Source: Marine Group I thaumarchaeote
Lineage (GTDB): Archaea > Thermoproteota > Nitrososphaeria > Nitrososphaerales > Nitrosopumilaceae
NCBI GenBank assembly: GCA_044358425.1
Contig: CP054849.1
Coordinates: forward strand, 1-16,372
Reading direction: 5' to 3'
DNA: 16,372 bases
Part shown: piece by piece, positions 1 through 7,761 of the stretch
Numbering within the stretch: position 1 is the first letter of the stretch
How the letters are laid out: the number at the start of each line of letters is the position of its first letter
The notes under the pieces: generated by a model
The model's input: only the letters and a program-made list of their open reading frames with translations
Database searches by the model: none
Told to the model about the DNA's origin: nothing
Position numbers and translations under genes: made by a program

Positions 1-165
1 GTCTTTGAGCAAACAAAAAATGAATTAGAAATTAATCGACTTAGGGACAAAGTAGATGAGATTGATTCTCTGCGAGACGAGGTCAGAAAGTTACGTGAAT
101 TTCAGGCAAAGTCTGACAAAAAACTCATAGAAACCATGAAAATAAATGGAATTATCAAGTCTTGA
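1..165 (+). CDS. 3' end of a CDS running in from the left edge; charged coiled-coil-like C-terminal tail, product unknown
   Basis: Frame 1 is open from base 1 to TGA at 163-165: VFEQTKNELEINRLRDKVDEIDSLRDEVRKLREFQAKSDKKLIETMKINGIIKS*. Confidence 0.7.
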   Translation, partial: VFEQTKNELEINRLRDKVDEIDSLRDEVRKLREFQAKSDKKLIETMKINGIIKS

Positions 166-225
166 TTGATTTCACAAACAAAAATCAGATGATCTACTAA
201 ATACCAGGTATTCTTTAACCTGATA

Positions 226-1326
226 TTGAAATCTGTATTCATTATTGCAATAGTGGCAGTTGCCATGATTGGAGTTATGGTTCCAAGTGGATTTGCTCAA
301 TATGATGATAATGTAAAAATCAGTAAAAGCGGAATTGCAAAATATGGAATATTTTCAGTTGAGAACATAGCGATTACAGATAGAGAATATTACAAACTAG
401 CAAAAATTTTTGTGAATGTAAAAGTTCAAAATTTGGAATTAGAAGATAGATACATTTTGGTTTCACCCACTTCATTTACATTACAAAACGAAAATGGAAA
501 ATCTTATTTTAATCAAGAAAGGGATTGTAAATCTCCTGCAAGATTATTTTATGAAATTACTGGAAAAACAGGCAGTCAAGTTACAATACCATTATGTTTT
601 CATGTAGAAAATCACTATGAATTTTTTGAGGTTTATTACAGAAGTGATAAAAATTACCATATAGATTCAATCCAGTTAATTGAATCTTCAAAATCAACAA
701 CAGATACTTTATCAAATTTATCTGAAAAATTAATTGATGAGTCCACTAAATTAATTTCTGAATCTTCTAAAGTTTCTGAAATGTTAATAGAACAAGAACA
801 AAAAATATTTGAAGATAATTCTGATAAAAAATTAGTTTGTCCTTCAAATTCGTATTTTGGAATGGACGATAATGAAAAAGTGGTATGCAGAGATTTGAAA
901 ACAAATGAAATAGTTCCAAGTGTTTCTACTAACAGTTTAACTGATAATTCATCTGAAGAAGGTGGAGGTTGTCTAATTGCAACAGCAACATACGGCTCAG
1001 AACTAGCCCCACAAGTACAACAACTCAGAGAGTTACGTGACAATCAATTAATGAACACAGAATCTGGAGCTGCATTCATGGGCACATTCAACGATGTTTA
1101 TTACTCATTTAGTCCAATTATAGCTGATTATGAGCGTGAAAACCCATACTTCAAAGAGGCAGTAAAGCTTGCAATTACTCCAATGATCAGTTCATTGTCT
1201 CTAATGGAAAATGCAGAAACTGAGTCAGAAGTTTTAGGATTAGGATTGTCAGTGATTACATTGAATATTGGTATGTATCTGGGAATTCCAACAATTATTA
1301 TTTTTGGAATTAAGAAAAGAAATTAA
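226..1326 (+). CDS. Secreted/surface protein with C-terminal CFI-box-CTERM domain and a possible DUF4352-like beta-sandwich N-terminal domain
   Basis: TTG start; signal peptide MKSVFIIAIVAVAMIGVMVPSGFA; C-terminal GGGCLIATATYGSELAPQVQQLRELRDN...YYSFSP motif followed by a TM helix and basic tail (KKRN), typical of thaumarchaeal CFI-box-CTERM proteins. Confidence 0.9.
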   Translation: MKSVFIIAIVAVAMIGVMVPSGFAQYDDNVKISKSGIAKYGIFSVENIAITDREYYKLAKIFVNVKVQNLELEDRYILVSPTSFTLQNENGKSYFNQERDCKSPARLFYEITGKTGSQVTIPLCFHVENHYEFFEVYYRSDKNYHIDSIQLIESSKSTTDTLSNLSEKLIDESTKLISESSKVSEMLIEQEQKIFEDNSDKKLVCPSNSYFGMDDNEKVVCRDLKTNEIVPSVSTNSLTDNSSEEGGGCLIATATYGSELAPQVQQLRELRDNQLMNTESGAAFMGTFNDVYYSFSPIIADYERENPYFKEAVKLAITPMISSLSLMENAETESEVLGLGLSVITLNIGMYLGIPTIIIFGIKKRN

Positions 1327-1329
1327 TTC

Positions 1330-2688
1330 TTACCAAACATCGTCTACTTCATCAAGTTCTTTGTATTCTTTTTCAGTTTCACGTTTGATGTAATTCAGTC
1401 TTGAAACATCTCTATCAAAAAACAAATCTATTATCCAATCTAAAAATACGCGTGTTTTTTTGTCAAATGTTGGTACCTTTGACAAATACACATTTCTCCA
1501 AATTAGCCAAGCCAAAAATCCTGATATATTCATCCCAAGAATTGTTGCAATACCAGTTCTTTTACCAATTATTGCTAATTGACCTTTAGATTCATAAACA
1601 AATTTTTCTTTTTCAGAATTTTTAACTATGGCAATTAAATTTTTAGCAGCTAATTTTGCTTGGGCTTCTGCAATTTGTGCAGTTGGTGGTAATGGTCTGT
1701 TAGTAGTTGGGTCCACAAATAATGCACAATCCCCAATTGCAAAAACTCCTGGAAATTCTTTAAGCTCCAAAAATTTGTTGACTACAATTTTTCCTTTATC
1801 TGTTTTAAACATTGATCTTTTAATTGTACTAACTGAAGTAATTCCTGCAGTCCAAATTAGTGTTTTTGTAATTATAGAACTAACTTCAGATTGGTCTATG
1901 GAGTCTTTTGGTGTTTCATCTAACGATTTTATCATTACTTCATTTCCATCAAAACTAGTCACTGCTTTTTTTAATTGAATATCCATTCCTCTTTTTGTTA
2001 ATTGTTCTTTTGCAAAATTTGCTAATTTTTTATTTGCACCACCTAAAATTTCTCCCATTGCTTCTAATACAATCACTTTAACATCATCTTTCTTTATTGT
2101 CGGATAATGTTTTGTTGCATCAAAAAGTAAATCTAATAATTCTCCAGCAGTTTCAATTCCTGCATAACCTCCACCAACTACTACAAAATTTAACATACCT
2201 TTTCTTAAGATTGGATCAGTCTCATTTTCTGCTTGCTCAAGCATATCGATAACTCTATTTCGTAACATCACAGCATCGTTTAGTGTTTTCATTGTGTATG
2301 CATTTTTTTCAACATCAGCCATGCCAAAAAAATTAGTTTCACTACCAAGTGCTACCACTAAAAAATCATAATGAATTGAAATACTTCTTTTATCCCTAGT
2401 TCCCCATAATGTCACTAATTTTCCATGTGGATCAATATTCTTTATTCGTCCTTCATAGAATTTTGTTTTTTTACATATTGTTCGAATTGGAAAAACTATA
2501 TGCCTAGTTTCAATCATTCCTGAGGCTACTTGAGGTAACATTGGAGTGAATAATAGAAAATTATCTTCTCCTATCATTACTAACTCCATTTCAGGATCAT
2601 TACCAAATTCTTTTTCTAATTTTTTTGCACATTCTACTGCTGCAAATCCACTTCCTAAAATAACAATTTTCTTCTTATTTTTTACCAA
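1330..2688 (-). CDS. ndh: Type II NADH:quinone oxidoreductase (NDH-2) / FAD-dependent pyridine nucleotide-disulfide oxidoreductase
   Basis: Two Rossmann motifs (IVILGSGFAA; VVVGGGYAGIETAGE), FTPMLPQVASG, YDFLVVALGS, VFAIGD, PPTAQIAEAQ, and C-terminal amphipathic GFLAWLIWRNVYL. Confidence 0.88.
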   Translation of the reverse strand: MVKNKKKIVILGSGFAAVECAKKLEKEFGNDPEMELVMIGEDNFLLFTPMLPQVASGMIETRHIVFPIRTICKKTKFYEGRIKNIDPHGKLVTLWGTRDKRSISIHYDFLVVALGSETNFFGMADVEKNAYTMKTLNDAVMLRNRVIDMLEQAENETDPILRKGMLNFVVVGGGYAGIETAGELLDLLFDATKHYPTIKKDDVKVIVLEAMGEILGGANKKLANFAKEQLTKRGMDIQLKKAVTSFDGNEVMIKSLDETPKDSIDQSEVSSIITKTLIWTAGITSVSTIKRSMFKTDKGKIVVNKFLELKEFPGVFAIGDCALFVDPTTNRPLPPTAQIAEAQAKLAAKNLIAIVKNSEKEKFVYESKGQLAIIGKRTGIATILGMNISGFLAWLIWRNVYLSKVPTFDKKTRVFLDWIIDLFFDRDVSRLNYIKRETEKEYKELDEVDDVW

Positions 2689-2755
2689 TTACTGACTTTT
2701 GTATGCTGAATAATTAAAGGATGTTAATTGAAATTAAAGTAATGGCACTAGTATG

Positions 2756-3418
2756 TTATTTTCTCATAATATCTGAATGTAAAATATCATATGCTCTTGA
2801 TGAATCTCTTTCATTTAGAATTATTGTAATGTTATCTTGACTGAAAAATGCATTAACTAATTCTACACCATTTGCATGTAATACCTCTGCAACATAAGAT
2901 ACTACATCAGACTGATTCTGGGAACTTGGTATTGAAATTCTTATTTTTGCCAATCCAGTGCTAAACATATCTTCTCTTTCTGAAACACTATTGAAAATTT
3001 CTCTAATATCATCCATATCTTCAGTAAGGAATCTAAATGAATCAGATAATCTAAAAAATTCATAATCATTTGTTACTTTAGAGAATTTATCTAAAATTGA
3101 CATAGGATCCATTTCATTTGAATCCTTTACAGAAAATCTGACATCCATAATTCCATCAGTTAAAGCTAATCTTGCATTTTTCAAAACTGATTCTTCTTTC
3201 ATTTCTTCTTTAGTTTCAAATGAATCTGCATATCTTTTGATTGCAACAACAACTGTGTTCAGATTAACAGAATTTCCTAAAATTTTTTCTATTTCTGGTT
3301 GAATCTTAACTGCTAATGCAGTATAATTTATCAAATCCATTTTCATACAATCATAAATTGATCTATTTCTGGTAATGACTTCTCTAACAACTTCTGGAAC
3401 AGACATCACTGATCTCAT
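2756..3418 (-). CDS. ACT-domain protein with N-terminal helical/HTH-like domain; putative ligand-responsive regulator
   Basis: N-terminal LINYTALAVKI...VVVAIKRY helical segment; C-terminal ACT-like VVSYVAEVLHANGVELVNAFFSQDNITIILNE. Confidence 0.7.
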   Translation of the reverse strand: MRSVMSVPEVVREVITRNRSIYDCMKMDLINYTALAVKIQPEIEKILGNSVNLNTVVVAIKRYADSFETKEEMKEESVLKNARLALTDGIMDVRFSVKDSNEMDPMSILDKFSKVTNDYEFFRLSDSFRFLTEDMDDIREIFNSVSEREDMFSTGLAKIRISIPSSQNQSDVVSYVAEVLHANGVELVNAFFSQDNITIILNERDSSRAYDILHSDIMRK

Positions 3419-3483
3419 AAAATTTATTATATTATGTCAGATATAATAGGATTATGTAATAATATCAATATTAATTCGATATA

Positions 3484-3512
3484 TTTATATAATGTAATAC
3501 ATATTACATTAT
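3484..3512 (+). promoter_or_regulatory. TATA box (TTTATATA, 3484-3491) of hsp20-cdc48, overlapped by the perfect inverted repeat ATAATGTAATA-ca-TATTACATTAT (3489-3512); putative operator
   Basis: 11-bp arms are exact reverse complements with a 2-nt spacer; lies between the TATA box and the ATG at 3523. Confidence 0.6.
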
Positions 3513-3522
3513 GTAGATAAAT

Positions 3523-4017
3523 ATGACAAGTTTCTTTGATACCGAAATTGATAGAATCTTCAAAAAAATGTCTGAATCATTTTTTGATGCAAATGGCATG
3601 ATTGAAGAATTCAACGGTAATTCCAATTCTGGCCCGATTTTTTATGGTTATACAATGACCATTGGTCCAGATGGAAAACCTTCTGTGCAAGAATTTGGAA
3701 ACGCAAAACCAGATCGTCTCCCTGTTTCTAATGCCAGAGAAGCAATTGTTGATACAATTGTAGATGAAAAAGAGAAAGTAGTAAAACTCATAGCTGAAAT
3801 GCCAGGAGTTGAAAAAACTGATGTCAAAATTTTAGTTGACAAAAATGTTGTAAATATAACTGCAGAACGTGGTGATAAAAAATATCACTGTAAAGTTCCA
3901 CTTCAACATAAAGTTGATGAAAATTCTGCAAAAGCTACTTACAAAAATGGAATCTTGCAATTGGTTTTCAAACTAGTTGTAGAAAAACAAACTGGTAAAA
4001 AAGTGGAGGTTGAATAA
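3523..4017 (+). CDS. hsp20: Archaeal small heat shock protein Hsp20 (alpha-crystallin domain)
   Basis: GPIFYGYTMTIGPDGKPSVQEFGN (archaeal Hsp20 N-terminal motif), AEMPGVEKTDV, AKATYKNGIL, C-terminal VEVE (IxI-like). Confidence 0.93.
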   Translation: MTSFFDTEIDRIFKKMSESFFDANGMIEEFNGNSNSGPIFYGYTMTIGPDGKPSVQEFGNAKPDRLPVSNAREAIVDTIVDEKEKVVKLIAEMPGVEKTDVKILVDKNVVNITAERGDKKYHCKVPLQHKVDENSAKATYKNGILQLVFKLVVEKQTGKKVEVE

Positions 4018-4043
4018 CCCCCCTTCCTATTTTTTGAGGCTTT

Positions 4044-6161
4044 ATGATGAATAAAATAATTTTAAAAATAAATGAAATTCCACAACAACATGTTGGTAAA
4101 GGTCGAGCAATTATTGATCCAAAAATAATTGAAGAACAAAATTGGAATGTTGGTCAAATATTGGAATTAACTTACAATAAAAAAACATATGTTAAACTTT
4201 GGCCAGCATCACCAGAAGAATATGGTGCAAGTTTAATCAAAATTGATGGTATTACTAGACAAAATATTGGTGCAGGATTAGATGACAAAATATCTATTAA
4301 ATCTGTTGAAGCTGCAAATGCAGAACAAATTACCTTATCTCCAACAGAAAAAATTGCAATAGATGGATTACAAGAATATATGATATACAATTATCTTAAT
4401 CACGTATTTTCTAATGGGGATACAATATCTCTTAATACACAAATGGGAAGTAAAATTCAATTTGTTATAACAAATACAAAACCATCAAAACCTGTAATTG
4501 TTACTGAAAGTACTTTATTCAAACTTGGTTCATTAACTAAAGCTGTTGATTCTTCTGTACCAAGAATCACATATGATGAATTGGGAGGTCTAAAAAATGA
4601 AGTTCAAAAAATTCGTGAAATTGTAGAATTACCAATGCGTCATCCTGAATTATTTGATAAAATAGGCCTAGAAGCTCCAAAGGGTGTTTTACTTTATGGT
4701 CCACCAGGAACTGGTAAAACTTTGATTGCAAAAGCAGTGGCTGGAGAAACAAATGCTCATTTTATTTCTCTAAGTGGACCTGAAATTATGGGCAAACATT
4801 ATGGAGAAAGTGAAGAAAAAATTAGAGAAATCTTTACGCAAGCCGAAGAAAATTCTCCTAGTATCATTTTCATTGATGAAATAGACTCAATTGCTCCAAA
4901 AAGAGATGAAGTTTCAGGAGAATTAGAGAAAAGAATAGTATCTCAATTACTGACGTTAATGGATGGTATGAAATCTAGGGGTAAAGTTGTAGTGATAGCA
5001 GCTACTAACAGACCTGATTCTATTGATCCAGCATTAAGACGACCAGGAAGATTTGATAGAGAAATTGAAATTGGAATTCCTGATAATGATGGTAGACTGG
5101 ATATTCTTTCAATTCATACACGTGGAATGCCAATTAATGAAAAAGTCAATTTGAAACAAATCGCAAAAACCACTCATGGATTTGTTGGGGCTGATTTAGA
5201 AACTTTGTCAAAGGAAGCAGCAATGAGATCATTACGCAGGATTCTTCCTGAGATTGATCTTGAAGAAGAGAAAATTTCTTCAGAAATTCTTCAAAAAATT
5301 GAAATTAGTAATGATGATTTTCGAGAAGCACTAAAGGAAGTTAGACCTAGTGCACTAAGAGAAGTTCAGGTTCAAATTCCTGATGTAAATTGGGATGATG
5401 TTGGAGGTCTTGATGAGTTAAAGGATGAATTGCGTGAAGCTGTTGAATGGCCTATTAAACATAAGGAAGCATATGACTATGTTGATGTAGAAGCACCAAA
5501 AGGTATTTTATTACATGGTCCACCAGGAACTGGTAAAACTTTGATTGCAAAAGCACTTGCAAAAATGACCGAATCTAATTTCATTAGTATCAAAGGACCC
5601 GAATTATTATCAAAATGGGTAGGTGAGTCTGAGAAAGGAGTTAGAGAAATTTTTAGAAAAGCAAGACAAGCAGCACCATGTATAATATTTTTAGATGAAG
5701 TTGATGCACTTGTACCAAGAAGAGGTAGTGGAAGTTCTGATTCACATGTAACAGAAAATATTGTTTCACAAATTCTTACTGAAATAGATGGATTAGAAGA
5801 ATTACATAATGTGTTAATTATTGGAGCAACAAATCGATTGGATATTGTTGATGAAGCACTTTTACGACCTGGAAGATTTGACAGAATTATTGAAGTAGGA
5901 AATCCTGACTCTAAAGGAAGAACGCATATTTTTGAAATTCATACTAAAAAGAAACCACTTGAAAATAATGTGAATATTAAAAAATTAGTAGAAATGACGG
6001 ATGGATTTAGTGGTGCAGAAATAGCTGCAATTACCAATAGAGCGGCTTTAGTTGCATTGAAAAGATATGTTGCTGGTAAATCTCAAAATATTAAGGAAAT
6101 TAAAATTACACAACAAGATTTGATTGATGCTGTTGATAAGATAAGACCTCAAAAAAAGTAA
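4044..6161 (+). CDS. cdc48: CDC48/VCP-family AAA+ ATPase (N domain + D1 + D2)
   Basis: Two AAA modules: GPPGTGKT x2, Walker B IFIDEID / [17 protein letters not shown] / [22 protein letters not shown]; N-terminal double-psi-barrel-type domain. Confidence 0.96.
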   Translation: MMNKIILKINEIPQQHVGKGRAIIDPKIIEEQNWNVGQILELTYNKKTYVKLWPASPEEYGASLIKIDGITRQNIGAGLDDKISIKSVEAANAEQITLSPTEKIAIDGLQEYMIYNYLNHVFSNGDTISLNTQMGSKIQFVITNTKPSKPVIVTESTLFKLGSLTKAVDSSVPRITYDELGGLKNEVQKIREIVELPMRHPELFDKIGLEAPKGVLLYGPPGTGKTLIAKAVAGETNAHFISLSGPEIMGKHYGESEEKIREIFTQAEENSPSIIFIDEIDSIAPKRDEVSGELEKRIVSQLLTLMDGMKSRGKVVVIAATNRPDSIDPALRRPGRFDREIEIGIPDNDGRLDILSIHTRGMPINEKVNLKQIAKTTHGFVGADLETLSKEAAMRSLRRILPEIDLEEEKISSEILQKIEISNDDFREALKEVRPSALREVQVQIPDVNWDDVGGLDELKDELREAVEWPIKHKEAYDYVDVEAPKGILLHGPPGTGKTLIAKALAKMTESNFISIKGPELLSKWVGESEKGVREIFRKARQAAPCIIFLDEVDALVPRRGSGSSDSHVTENIVSQILTEIDGLEELHNVLIIGATNRLDIVDEALLRPGRFDRIIEVGNPDSKGRTHIFEIHTKKKPLENNVNIKKLVEMTDGFSGAEIAAITNRAALVALKRYVAGKSQNIKEIKITQQDLIDAVDKIRPQKK
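4696..5555 (+). repeat. 41-bp exact direct repeat inside cdc48 (4696-4736 and 5515-5555) encoding the D1 and D2 Walker A motifs
   Basis: ATGGTCCACCAGGAACTGGTAAAACTTTGATTGCAAAAGCA is identical in both copies. Confidence 0.95.
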
Positions 6162-6217
6162 GCACCTATACCTCAAGCGATAAAATAGTCTAAATACTGA
6201 GGATAATGTGTTAAAAT

Positions 6218-6436
6218 ATGAAACTTTTACTAGATTTTGAACCTTGTAAAGAATGCAAAGAAATGATGACTGAATTAAGCAGTCCTGAAATGATTTTTGC
6301 TGACGAAAAAATAAGAATAGATCAATCTGCTAAATTTCTTCGACATTTGACGTATAATCATAATGAGGTTTTGCAAGCTGTAATGGAAGATCTTCCAAAA
6401 CAGAAAAAGGATCAAGAACCTGATTTTTATCAATAA
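6218..6436 (+). CDS. Small hypothetical protein with CxxC...HxxxxH putative Zn ligands and C-terminal FYQ
   Basis: 72-aa ORF with ATG start; CKEC and HLTYNH motifs; fills the gap after cdc48. Confidence 0.7.
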   Translation: MKLLLDFEPCKECKEMMTELSSPEMIFADEKIRIDQSAKFLRHLTYNHNEVLQAVMEDLPKQKKDQEPDFYQ

Positions 6437-6501
6437 TTAATTTTTCCTTATTTTAGTAAAATCTACACCAAGAATTTCTTTCCTAATAATTTTTAAAATT
6501 T

Positions 6502-6693
6502 TTATTTTTTAATAGATTCTAAAGAATGTCCACGATTTGTAATCATTTGTGTAACTGCTTCTATAGTATAATCAAGCCCATGTTCTTCTTCAAAATGATC
6601 TCTTAATTTTTCAATCAAGCCCATAGTTAATTCTTCATCTAAAGCTAGATCACATTCATAACCATAATCACTACATCTTATTTTAATTGACAT
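6502..6693 (-). CDS. DUF1059-like small metal-binding protein
   Basis: CSDYGYEC...LRDHFEEEHG pattern (CxDxGxxC...HxxxxHG). Confidence 0.8.
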   Translation of the reverse strand: MSIKIRCSDYGYECDLALDEELTMGLIEKLRDHFEEEHGLDYTIEAVTQMITNRGHSLESIKK

Positions 6694-6780
6694 TACGTTT
6701 TTGAATTCTCAAAGCTATAAAAATGTCAGCATATTTTTTTGATAATACCACTAATAACCCCTAAAACTAATTTTAAATCA

Positions 6781-7161
6781 ATGAAAGGTTTGGAATTTAT
6801 TTTTCTTGGAATGGGTTCTGTTCTAGGTGCATTTCTAAGATACAAACTTACTGAATCACCATTAATTTTCAATACATTACCTGTTAACGTTTTGATAGTC
6901 AATATTGCTGGAGCATTTATTCTTGGAATATTTGTAGTAGTTTCACAACAATGGCATCTTGATTCAAAATATTCGTTATTTGCTGCTGTTGGTTTTTGTG
7001 GTTCATTGACTACAATGTCTGCATTTGCACTTGATTCTAGTAATCTACTTGAAAGTAACCAATACATTTCATTTATTGTTAATATTTTTACAAATGTTGG
7101 ATTATCTATTGCAGCCTTAATTGGAGGAAAATCCTTAATGAGTGCAATAATTAATAATTAA
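6781..7161 (+). CDS. crcB: Fluoride efflux channel Fluc/CrcB (start more likely ATG 6781 than 6739)
   Basis: GSVLGAFLRY, LIVNIAGAFILG, GFCGSLTTMSAF motifs; four TM segments; 126 aa. Confidence 0.92.
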   Translation: MKGLEFIFLGMGSVLGAFLRYKLTESPLIFNTLPVNVLIVNIAGAFILGIFVVVSQQWHLDSKYSLFAAVGFCGSLTTMSAFALDSSNLLESNQYISFIVNIFTNVGLSIAALIGGKSLMSAIINN

Positions 7162-7167
7162 TTGAAG

Positions 7168-7398
7168 ATGGTTTACTCATATCAGGTAGTTAAATTCCAA
7201 ACAATTTCATTTGTAAATGGAGTTCATTGGTCTCAATCTGTTAGTGATAAAGGGATTTTGTACAAATCTCTAAAAGATCCATTTTCAAAACTAATTGTAC
7301 AATCTCAAAATGGCTCAAAAAAATTATACCATATTCCAAAAGATCGAACAGTTGTTGTAAATAATGATACTGTACATTTTCTAGGTGAACCAGCTTAA
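7168..7398 (+). CDS. Small hypothetical beta-rich protein, likely co-transcribed with crcB (alternative TTG start at 7162)
   Basis: ORF abuts the crcB stop; protein-like composition. Confidence 0.7.
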   Translation: MVYSYQVVKFQTISFVNGVHWSQSVSDKGILYKSLKDPFSKLIVQSQNGSKKLYHIPKDRTVVVNNDTVHFLGEPA

Positions 7399-7461
7399 CC
7401 GGTAATGGTAATATTGATAAATATCAAATTGAATTTATATCACTAATTTTGTATTAGTATA

Positions 7462-7761
7462 TTGTTAGAATTAACCAAAAAAGTATTTGGAAATATCATG
7501 ACTCAAGAAATTATTGGTTCAGAACCATCTATTTCTGAAATAAAGATTAGATTTGAAAATGAATTTCAAATATTAATTAAAAATTTAGAATCAATTTCTA
7601 AACAAAATTTGGAAAATATATTGCAAAAGCAAAAAATTTCACAAAAACATGTGAATACTAGACCTGGAGCTATGGCTTTGAATCAAAGTAAAATTGAAAT
7701 GTTTAACGATTACAATAACAAATATCTTAACAAAATTAATGAAAAATTTACTACTTTTTAG
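7462..7761 (+). CDS. Hypothetical protein
   Basis: 99-aa ORF with TTG start; TTTATA at about 7434-7439 upstream; 3' end overlaps the convergent antiporter gene. Confidence 0.65.
   Translation: MLELTKKVFGNIMTQEIIGSEPSISEIKIRFENEFQILIKNLESISKQNLENILQKQKISQKHVNTRPGAMALNQSKIEMFNDYNNKYLNKINEKFTTF

Noticed and set aside
654-1978. ORFs 654-1043(-), 1401-1589(+), 1628-1978(+)
   Set aside because: Antisense shadows of well-supported genes
3648-4752. ORFs 3648-3842(-), 4172-4390(-), 4567-4752(-)
   Set aside because: Antisense shadows inside hsp20 and cdc48
4044-6161. CdvC/Vps4 identity for the AAA ATPase, given the nearby cdvB
   Set aside because: It has two AAA modules and a CDC48-type N domain, not a MIT domain with a single AAA module
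6694-6780. Fluoride riboswitch upstream of crcB
   Set aside because: No GGNGAUGG...CUGAUGAC-type consensus or stable stem; the region is short AT-rich divergent promoter DNA
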